Below are positions 11,052 to 21,700 of a DNA stretch of 64,000 nt, in pieces (within the stretch, counting starts at the first letter, position 1; the number at the start of each line of letters is the position of its first letter). Where the stretch lies: NCBI RefSeq assembly GCF_000143415.4, contig NW_003314269.1, forward strand, positions 3,382,813 through 3,446,812. The letters are read 5' to 3'. Source of the DNA: Selaginella moellendorffii (taxonomy: Eukaryota > Plantae > Lycopodiophyta). The notes under the pieces were generated by a model. That model saw only the letters and a program-made list of their open reading frames with translations. It had not been told where the DNA came from and made no database searches. A program made the position numbers and the translations under genes.

Positions 11052-12631
11052 CAATTCAATAGCTTGATAAACATGTAAATACAGAACTTGATGCAAAATC
11101 CTTTGATATGTCACAATGCCCCTAGGACCATAAACACATTTCAATAGAGAGGGTCCTTTCATTTCATAACTCCTTACGTAGATCTTGGTGAAACCAGAGT
11201 TAGTGAAGTTAGTTTCTTGTGATCCCGCATCTGATTGTGATGTCCCTTTGCAGTTTCGATGGAAAGGTCAATGCACACCAAACTGTAAAATCTTGGAGCA
11301 AAATAACGGTCGGATCTATGGCAAATGCCCCTGAAACATTGTAAGGCTCGTGTGGTCTCATGTGGTGTCCGATCGAGATGCTTCTTTGCAGGGTCATCAA
11401 GAAAGACATTGTATACCATTCTGTAAAATCTAGTTGCGATCTAACGGTTGGATCTCCAGAAAACTCAAAAAAATCTCGCGCGTGTCAGAATATCCTAGGA
11501 ATATACTCCTATGTGCCCCTGAAAATGGCATGCGGCCCCACGCCATTCAAGAGATAATGCCAGATGACGCCGAGAATTTTTTGGTGCATTTCTTGGGTTC
11601 AAAATTGCATGAGCCCACACACTATAAAGTTTATCTTTGCCAAATAGAGAAAAGTTTATCTGTGTCATGTGAGGTAGTTACAGTCCTTTGTGCTCGGCAT
11701 CTGCCTCTTGCAGCATTTGCACTGAAAGGGAATTTTTCTCCATTCAGCATTTGGCCCTGAAAATGGCATGCGCCCACACGCCATTGAAGGAATAACGCCA
11801 CAGGACGCCTGGATTTTTGGGTTTAAAATGTTTAGGGTTTTTTGGGTTTTTTCAAAATATTTTGGGTCCAACGTCTTTTGGGTTTCTTTGGTTCAAAATT
11901 GCATGAGCCCACACGCTATAATATTGATTTGAGAGAAAAATAGAAACAGATAGAATTTCTTTATTTAGCTGAACATCTGCCATTTTTGGAAATACAAGAT
12001 GCTTTGGAATATCCAATCATGCATGGTATAAATATAGCGAGGGTATTAAATGATATCCCAATCATGATCTTTCTTTCGGATTTCACGTGCATGCAGTCCG
12101 AGGAATGATGACGTTGCGGATTTCTTTTGGATTTTGCGTGCTTGCATGCGCGCGGCAATCCAGAAATTAATGGTGGCGCCCAAGTCCGAGGAATGATGAC
12201 GTGGTGGGATTACCAACCGTTGTGACATTTCGCGCGTGTGAGGTTAGGTTTTGCATTTTGCTTTGTACTCGCGCTCGCACACTCACGCTCGCGCTCGCAT
12301 CACACTCGCGCTCCCACTCGCGATCACGCTCACTTCTCTACAGGTTTCTCGTGTGCATCGGCGTCCACTCGCGCTTGCATCACACTCGCGCTCGCATCGC
12401 GCTCGTGTGCATCGGCGTCCACTTCAAGACACACCCAGTTTGTAACTTCGCCGCCAACTCCGCCGCCCACTCCGCCACCCACACGCAGCCCACTTGGCGT
12501 CCCGGGAGATTTCAGCGCCACTCTCCAACTGTAAGTGGCAGAGTAGCCTTGCTGCTACGATCCGCTGCACACACAGTGCACATTCGCCAGCGAGTCCGGC
12601 CTCGATTGTCACGGCCTCCATTCGGCTTCAA

Positions 12632-15600
12632 ATGGTAAGTCTTTTAGACGAAGTAGAAAATGGCATGAGGCCACATGCCATTCAGTAGCAACATTGGCAT
12701 GCACCGATTGGGCTCTCGAGTGCAGTCCGGTTACAGATGGCGTGTAGCCTCACGCCATCTTAGGATGCAGCCTCAAGACATCTGATGCAGTGGTGAATGG
12801 CGTGTGGCCTCACGTTATTTCCAGCTGCTAGCTTTTCATCTGTCAGCTCTAATTGTTGTGCATTTCTGAACAGGAGAGGAATTGCGTTCTTCTTCCAGCC
12901 ACTGTCAATGTGGATGCAGAGAAGGGGGAGGAGCTCACCAGTTGGACTTTCGGGATGGAAGGCGAGGATCTGATGCTGTACAACACAGATGGTGGGAGAA
13001 AAGAATGCATGGGGATCCTCATCCAAGTGACAGACACTCCATGCAGTTCCATGCAAGAATATGGACTGGCACTTGTGGTAGAGACAGCGTCCGCCTTCAA
13101 GATCCACCTTGCACATCCTAGCGGCTTCCCGGAGGGGGGCAGCGGCTATGAGGAATTCCTAGAGGGAGCTAGGGAGAGGTTGTCCAGGAGGCCCACAATT
13201 TCAAAGACGCTGCGGGTCTATGAAGATCACATGGAATCCACGGACCTCACCTACGGCGATGTTCAAAATCTATATTCCAACATTGAGCCGTTGAGAGTGC
13301 CTCCAGTTTGCGAAGCGAAGGGGAAGGGGGTCGATCTGGAAACTACCCCGAAGCAGAAAAGGGTGGTCAAGCTCAAGCCGACGTCCGACTCTGCTGCTCC
13401 AAAAAAGAAGCTACTCGGTGATGCCATTGCCTCGGGTTCGAACACTACACCCACCAAAAAGAAGAGCCGCAAAGAGCAGAAAGAGCAAGAAGAGGCAGCA
13501 AAAATCGTCGCAGATAATAGTACTTGTTACTATTCCAACAAAGTATATACAATCGACGTGAGCCATATCGAGATCCAAAGCAAATACAACCACAGGCTAG
13601 TATCTGATGAGTGGGTGGAGAAACTGAAGCAGAAGATGCTGGCAAGTCCAGTAACACCCGACATCGCAGACGTGATCCCCTACTACCAAACAATGAAGGG
13701 CGAGACGAGGTTTCCAGACTTGATCAATAGGAAGGTGTTGGACGATCAGAACATCCGGTTCTATGCCGTCTCCGGGCAGCATTCTAGCTTGGCGATGCAA
13801 CAGATAGTTGTGGATATTATGGTGGGCGAGGAGGTGAAGAAAGTCTTCAAGACAAGAGTTGTCCGCCTGATGAAAGGCAACTCGCCCCTCCGATCTATCA
13901 TATACATCTCCCACACGCAGAATGTCAAGCAAGAAACGTGCTACAAATCGGGTCTGCACGAGACATTGGCACGAACACGGAAGCTCTGGGTTCAACTGAA
14001 GAAGCCACAAAAACCAGGACAAGGACGTGCACTAGCAACTAGCGCCTGGCAGGTAAGCCTCGTTGCATGTGGCATAGCATGTGGCCTCACGCCATTTCCA
14101 TTGCAGGAATTCTCGAGTCTTCTCTCGAAAACACTGGGGGTCAATGACACACTCAGCATCCATAACATTCTACTCGCGACAAAAGTTGTTTTTGACAAAT
14201 GGGTAGATGTGCTAAGGAGGTACCATGACGGGGAGTTGCTAAACTCAATGGGTGTGGAGGACGGCCGGAAGCCCAATGATTTGAAGCTCAACGCCTTGCG
14301 TTTCTCGCGGTCTCTAGACAACGACAACCTTCTGACAGTGGCTAATGCTCTTCTACGTGGTGAGGTAGTCTTCAACAAGACCAAAATGACTCCCGGCCAT
14401 ATTGTGACATACGAGGACTTGTGCACGACTCTGAGAGCTCGTGCGCTATTGAAGGATTGGATCTTCGAGCAAGTGGCCGTGGCGAGGGTGAGCATTGACA
14501 CCACGCAAGAGATGATGGAAGAGCTGGACTTGTCAAATGAAGACATCGACGAGTACGTGAAGGGGGCCCCCAAGTTCATCGATCTGCTGCGGGATGCCAC
14601 GAAAAGTAAAGCTGAGAAGTTGGATCAGTATCCAAATTTCATTAAGAGGGATGTCGACCGCCGGCTTCAGAAACAGCTCGACCCCGCAGCAGAGGCCTAT
14701 CGAGAACCTTACCGGGTATACGTGAATTCGGATGAGGATCAAAGGTGGAGGAGCATCGTTTCCCGCGGAGATGAGCAGGTCAAGAACATCTTTTGTGTGA
14801 TGGACTTCACAAACGAGGAGATCACTCATGCAGACGAAGTCAGCTCCATCATTGACTTAATGGTGGGACTTGCGGAGGTGGAATCTTCAGTCCACTATAT
14901 GATCTACGACTCCGAATCCTATCACAAGTTCTGGAAGGCCTTGAACAAGGTGAAGGCTCGGTTGAAAGGCAAGGAGATGCGGGAGATCCATGGGATAATG
15001 GCTAAGAAGAAGATACTGACGAATTTCCGCATCTTCACAGTCGCCCTTGTTATTGGTCCTGCAGCAGAGTGGGACTGGAGTGACTTCCCAGCTTCGTTCA
15101 ACAAAGCCGATCGAATTGATCTGAGGGAGGTGAATTTACCCGTGCCTGAGGAACTGAAGACGGCTATGGAGCTTTCGAATCCAAAGAAAGCTCCAGGTGC
15201 AGCATGGGAAATGCTCAGCTGGGTCTTCAACGCAATAGCGGGTCCTTCGTCCACTGGGGACTCCAAGGGCAAATGCGTTGTCGAGTACAACTGCGGCGGA
15301 CTATTCTTTCGAGCCGCACTACTCAAGAGTGTCCCGTGTGTTGCGGTGACAAACTCCATTGAAGAGGTGACTTCAATGGAGCATATAATTACAGTTGCCA
15401 AAGAAAAACAGTATCTTCTCTGTGAACCTGGTGAATACGCACTTTAAGTTTAAATGTTATCTCACAACCTCTGTATGCAGGAGCATGGCCACCCCCAGAT
15501 GCTGAAACGGCGTTAACAGCTACTGTTGAAGATACCCATGTTGGGCCGAGCTCACAACCTACACAAGGTAAGGTCACGTGAGGCTTCACGCCATTTTGAT

Positions 15601-18264
15601 TATAGATCGTTGTGAATATTCAGACACGAGGACTGAAAAGCGCACTGGTGGCGCGTCGAAGAAGGACAAATAGACAAGCAATAGGAAAAAAGGAGGTACA
15701 AATTATATTTGCAATGGCGTGTGGTCTCATGCCATTCCTTGCAGGAGACACTTCTTCAAAGGCAAAACAGGCAAGCACCAGCCAAGCTCAAACTGACAGT
15801 GGTCATAAAAAGCGAAAGCACGTTGGACAATCGTCGGGATCAGAGGCGTTTGATTCGAAAAGGAAGAAGGGCAACGAAAAGATGATAGGTAATGCCTCGC
15901 GGTTATGGCGTGTGTGCTCATGCCATTCATTGCAGATCAAGGGCTGAGTGAAAGGAGCCAGTCACCACCTTCTGACTCAGATTCCTATGGCGGACTCCCC
16001 TTCCCCAATCTCAATGGAGAGGTACAATGGATGAGGGATGCTTTTCAAGTCAGGGCCACGTTTTTCTCATCTCGTCGTCTTCGAAGGGTGCAAGAACGTG
16101 CAAAAACCATGTTAAGACAGTCGGGTGAGGATACGGTCCTAGGTCACGCACTAAAACAGGCTATGGATGTCTTGTATTTTGAGATGGAGACTCGGCCAGA
16201 TGATTTTTCCAAGATGGTCCTGGAAAAACAAGCCATCCAGCCTGAGCAGCCTATGGAAGAAATGCAAGAGGGGGATGAGGAGCCAGAGAAAGATAATGAG
16301 CAGGAAGAGCAGAAGGACGAAGAAGAGGACAAAGAAGAGGAGGACGAAGAAGAGGAGGATGAAGAAGAGGAGGACGAAGAGGACTTGGATGGTCCTCACA
16401 ATGGTGACGATCACAATAACGACAATGACGATGATGACGACGATGGCCAGCCTGAGGTGGCCAAAGAGCAGCGGAGGAAGGTCATACAAGACAAACCATC
16501 AGGTAAATAATAGTACATCCATTCCTAACCTTTTACCATTTCTAACATTGTCCATGTAGGTCGCAGAAGAAATGGTAAGTAGAGATTATTCAGTTGAATT
16601 AAGATACAAACTCTAGCCTTTAGTGTCGAGGAAGGATAGTGCCAAGCAAGGGTCGAAACGTATGTCCAATCCTTCAGAATCAGCAGTGCGCCCAAGTGAT
16701 ATCGGTCCTAGTTCCTCAATAGCAGTTGATGGTAAATACAGTATAGTCGATTCAATGTGCTAATGAGTTTGTTTTTAGTAGCACGGGAGGATACCATCTC
16801 AATCGAAGGGAGATATTTGGACATGCATATGGATCTGCCAGTGGACTCTACTTGCCTGCAAGAGTCATCAGAGCTGGTGGAGGCTACTATCCATATCAAC
16901 GCCAAACAAGCTGACCACGCTCCACTTGATGCTGCCCATACCACTGAGTCAATCTTGTCCATGTATCCAACTGACGGTGACCAGGCGCCATTGGACCCGC
17001 ATGAGGCCGCTCCAGCCGCCGAGCCGGTCGTATCCTCATTTCCAACGTGTGCCCAATCGTCTGACTACGCGGCGTTGGAACCTCCCTACACCGCCCCTGC
17101 TGCCTGTTCGGTCATGTCCACTTTGCCAACGGAGGCACCAGCTGAAATGGCGTGTGATCACACGCCATCGGAACCACCCCATGCCACTGTTGAGCCAGTT
17201 GTACCAGAGTCTACAGCTGAAATGGCATGTGCCCACACGCCATCGGATGCGATTGACCCCACATTGCAGAGGAGAGTATTTCCGCCCTTCACGTTTCCTC
17301 GACCAAAACCCTCTGAATGACCATCGGGAGCACCATTCGCTAATATTGTAGATGGTAAAATTGACTTGTACCATTTTTTATGCTGACGCATTTCATTTCA
17401 GAGTCACGGCGAAAGTACTGTATCGTTTTTGATCTGAACGGTGTCCTTTTCTCCCATGAGCGTGGCTCGTCCTCGAATGTCACTGCACCCTCCAAAGCCT
17501 GCGGTCGCAAGTTGGTCAAAAGAGACAGATTCACATTAATCACACGGGAGAAACTGCGGGATCTAATAATGACCATGCGACACTTAAAACAGAGGGCCGG
17601 GTTCAATTTGCAATTGGGAGTTTGGACATCCATGATGCGCCACAATGCATTAACGTTGCTACAGATGATGCACGATCAGACGCGAGTAATATTACCATTT
17701 GACTTTCTCCTAACGCAGGAGGATTGCTTGACTATGGTCCATGTGAGGGGTAGCAAGCCCATCTTCGTCAAGGCAGAGGCTGTAGTGATAAACCGGACTG
17801 CTAGGTTAAGTGAAATCCTCATCATCGATGACTCGCCGATTAAAACTGCAGCGAACACGCACACATATGCAGTGCACCCCATCTCTTGCAGTATGGAAAC
17901 TAGGGAGAAGAAACCGTATGTTCTGGGGGACCTTGCAAAACGGCTTGAAGCGATGGTGATAGAGAACCGGCCAGTCCAGGAGGTGGCTGCAGAAATCAAC
18001 CAAATGGCAGATGGAACGGTATATCAGAAGCCATTTGATCGGACAGACACCAGTCATCATTTATGGCATGTATATTGTCTAGCCAAGCACTATCCACATC
18101 TCCATAATCTGCTCAACCGGATGGGTTCTTCGACCACTGAACATGAGCGTGGACGTATTAGAGAAGAGATGGCATTACTATTGGGTTTAAATCCTGATAG
18201 TGTGGAGAGTGATGAAATTCCAAGATTATTGTATAGGCGTTGGAGGCAAAAAATAACAGTCTGA
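12632..18264 (+). pseudogene. 11-exon ~1,650-aa fusion gene: ParB-like domain, degenerate DNA-methyltransferase-like fold, acidic/repeat linker, FCP1/NIF-like HAD domain; two nonsense codons in this copy
   Basis: Exons 12632-12634, 12874-14052, 14107-15430, 15481-15567, 15606-15695, 15745-15888, 15936-16502, 16560-16574, 16624-16731, 16779-17354, 17402-18264. All introns GT-AG and frame-preserving (4,956 nt total). TAG at 15671 and TGA at 17318 are CAG and CGA in copy A. Confidence 0.72.
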
Positions 18265-18707
18265 GATGGCATGTATTTATTTAAAAATGTAACTTATTAT
18301 GGCATGGGGTTCCATGCCATTGTATTAATATTAAAAGACAATTCTTTGAGAGGATTTGCATTATACTAGAAGTGTTACAGCATGTTATTGGAAGTCTACG
18401 AAGTTGTTTTATTAATAAGGGGAAAATAAAGATTGAATGGGGACTTGGGCTCCACCTAGACTCGGAGCAACTGAGCCAATATTAAAAGGATGGAAAGAAA
18501 TTGGACGACGATGACAAGGAGAAGAGAGAGGTGAAGCAGTGGCAGGGGGAGGAGAAGTGATTGAGTAGACATTTCCTTGTTTAAAATAAAATGGCATGTG
18601 CCTCAATGCAGTTGAATTTTGTTATATTTATATACTATATAAAGGTTTGGAAACCTTATTTTACAAGTGGGATAATGACAATTCCCACTTTAACGAAATA
18701 GAGCTTT

Positions 18708-21700
18708 CTTTCTTTTTCTTTTAACTGCAGACTTTATGAACTAATTTTTTATTCGTCTTGCGGTGGTTTTGTTGGATCTTAGGCTTGTTGGATAGTTCTA
18801 GAGCTCCTCTTTCTAGCAAGGTATAGCACTTATTAAGCCGTGTAGTATTTAAAGAGATACAACATTTCTTGGCTCAATTGAATGAACATTTTGGGGTTTT
18901 CACTTTCTTGCCTAAATCCTCGGCCCAATCTCTCATAGTAGTGCATTTAGGCTTGTATATCTGACCTAGATCTACAAGTAGTGGTGATTCTTGGCGCTAG
19001 ATTTGGCCAAATTGGCAGCATGCAAAAAGATTTTCCTCTCTAGCTAAATTGGGTCATATTTGTAGTAGGAATTTGTGCTCTTCCGAGCTTTGTTTTGGAT
19101 GCCATTTGTTTTTAGAGGTGCTCTTAAGTCTAAGCTTTCCGTAGATACCAATGGCACTTTAGTATTAATCTACATCAGTGATATGCACATGTTTTCCCAC
19201 AATATTGGGTTTTTAGGCTACCTCTTCTTGGATTTCGGGGAATGTTGAGGCAGATTCTTCCCAAATTCCTCCAATAGAGGGTAGATGGGGCTAAGCCCTT
19301 TCCAATAAGCCCACCAACAGTCAAAATGGGGAAGGATTGAGACCAGAGGACTCATTTTTCTCTTTTAGGCTAAATTTTGTTGGGGGTTCCTTGGGAACAA
19401 AACAATCTTCAAGGAACAAGTTGGTGTAGGAACAGGAACAAAAGGAGCAGGAACAGGAGTTAATGTTGGAGCAGGAACAGGAGTTAATGTTGGAGTAGGC
19501 ACAGGAATAGGAGCAAGAGTAGGGGGTTACCGGTTATAGGTTACAGGTTCCCAGTTACTGGTTACTAATTATTGGTTACCGGTTACCGGTTACTCCGAGA
19601 GGTCAATGCTTACTCTACGGATCAATGGTTATGTGCGCTTGAGGCCTACGTCTCCTTCCATTTTCACCCTTATTTCTCTTCGTCACAGGCATTTTGGGCA
19701 ACTTTGAGCAACTTGAGCACTAGCCTACAGTCTTCTTGCTCCTGTCAACTTAGTTTCCTTGACCGAGCATTTGTAGTGTTCAGGGTATTTGATGCCGGTA
19801 CAAACTAGATGTGTGACAAATTGACACCCTTTTACCATACCTCAAGGCTCTAAGGTACGAAGTAAGCTTTCTCACATCCAAAGGTAGCTTAGGTATGACA
19901 CTACACCTTCTCGAGCTGAGTCCTCTTCATCCTCGGCAGATTCCAATGACTTCAATCTACGAGCTATGGCACAGCCACCTTTAGCTTGACCTCAGCTCCA
20001 TGTTCTACAAAGGGGGAGTGATCTGCCGACCTTCTTAGGAGTTGGAATAATCTCTCCAACATCGCATATCAGTTGCTTTGATTACTACTGCACCACAAAC
20101 ATGATCGTCGATGATGATCGTATGTGCCATGACTTCTTGCAGTCTCTTGAAGGCAAAGCTGTAGCGCATGTGATCATGGGATGAGATTTGGATATACTGT
20201 CACCGTGGATCCTTAGAACCTTGGGGGATAAATGGGGATAAAATATCCACTAAGGGCTCTCTCATCAAGCAATTGCCCCTTTTCCAGTTGGCTTAAGGGG
20301 AGAGAGATAAGGTGCGCTACAAAAGCAGCAACTTGGGCAGATTCTCTCCTCCCAAAGGACTAGATAGACTTTTAGACACTACTTGCTTCTTTTAGAGAAC
20401 ACTTCGTTGAAGAAAAACCCACAAATCGGTTACTTGTCGACCTCTTTTCGTTCCGGCAGGGTGCTCACGAGTCTGTTCCTAACTATATCACCCAGTTTCA
20501 AGCATACTGGAAGCAGTGTTGGGCTTGCAGAGTGGTCCAAGATGAGCAACAGGGGATCACGGCATTCACAGCGGGTCTACATAAGAACTTGTAGCGGAAA
20601 CTTCTTACAAAGACATTCATGTCTTGCTACGAGGCATTTTCATTTGCCACAAAGCTGGAAAGAGAGCTTTTTGTTGACCTGGGGATTGCTAGAATTGATT
20701 TCGACCAAGCCATCACCCCGTTAGAGTCACTTTGTGCAGTTGTTCGTCAACCCACATCAAAGCCTGTTGCTATTGAGCATACGCCTCCGGCTATTGAGAA
20801 CTTTGCCAATGAGATATGGCAGCTAAAGGAGATCATTCTTCAGCAACAAGCAATTGAGGCAGCCCCTTCATCAAGCAAAGGCAAGGCACCTACTTCATCG
20901 GTCAACACAATTTTGGTAACCAAGGAACTCTATAGGTAACAGTAGCAAAATTGCAGCCACTTGAGCCCAAGTGAAGAAGAAGGTAGCCACTCAGCCTACA
21001 TGAGATCCTCCTACGTAAGTTGAGAGTGAATCTCTGTTGGCACCAGATCCAGTGACATAGAGGGTGGCTTGTAAGCTCCCCTTCAAGTCACTACTCTCTT
21101 CTCCCCCTGAGACCTCACCAATGGCTATTCCTGTTCCGGAGCTGGTTCTTCAACAACTGGTTGACACTCCCATCACCTTTTCGCTCTGAGACATGTGTCT
21201 TATCCCAGGATTTGACCAGCGTTTAGAGGAGTTTGCACGGTCAGGAACACTAGAGAGCACTCTCAAGAGGGCTCCTCAAGAGGTGCACATTGTCGACATG
21301 ACAAGATATGGTGGAGATCCTAGTCCATTCCTCGTCCCGGTGCAGATTAGTATTTCCTCTTATAAAATGGATGCTTTTGTTGACTCCGGTTCTAGAAGCA
21401 ACATTATCTCTCTTGAAACTGCCCTTTCAGCATAGCTATAGATCACTGAGAGCTCATCCATCATGCTCAAGACCTTTGCCAATCACACCGTTCCTCCAGC
21501 AAGCATTTGCTATGGTGTCAAGGTCTCAATGCAAGGTGTTATTTTTGAGGTGGATTTCCTTGTGGTTGACTACCAACATCTTGGAACATCCTCTTTGAAG
21601 GACTCTATCATCCTTGGCTGCTCATGGCAAGTCATAGCCCATTGCACCATTGACAGTGTGCAAGGCAAGATGGAAATTACCGATGGACCCTATAGTGCCA

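Larger units (their letters stand above)
5533..18612. repeat. Dispersed 22-bp palindrome family ATGGCRTGNGGCCNCAYGCCAT (~30 copies per unit)
   Basis: Copies start at ~5533, 5622, 6220, 6380, 6526, 7868, 7925, 9770, 9840, 9938, 10553, 10589, 10661, 11525, 11604, 11763, 11898, 12660, 12737, 12797, 14074, 15573, 15714, 15905, 17147 (perfect palindrome), 17222, 18299, 18591. Equivalent copies occur in copy A. Confidence 0.92.
5417..18707. mobile_element. Copy B (complete period) of the ~13.3-kb tandem unit: Sola-like/DUF7869-type transposase gene plus divergent ParB-like/MTase-like/FCP1 gene
   Basis: One full repeat period, delimited by homology to copy A, which ends at GAGCTTT (18707 versus 5416). 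Contains a transposase-like gene and ~30 element-specific palindromes. True termini not identified. Confidence 0.8.

Noticed and set aside
14700-15430. Active DNA methyltransferase
   Set aside because: No DPPY/SPPY/NPPY and a degenerate FxGxG; at most an inactive fold.
5533-18612. CRISPR-like array from the recurring palindrome
   Set aside because: Irregular spacing from tens of bp to kb, eukaryotic context and no cas genes.
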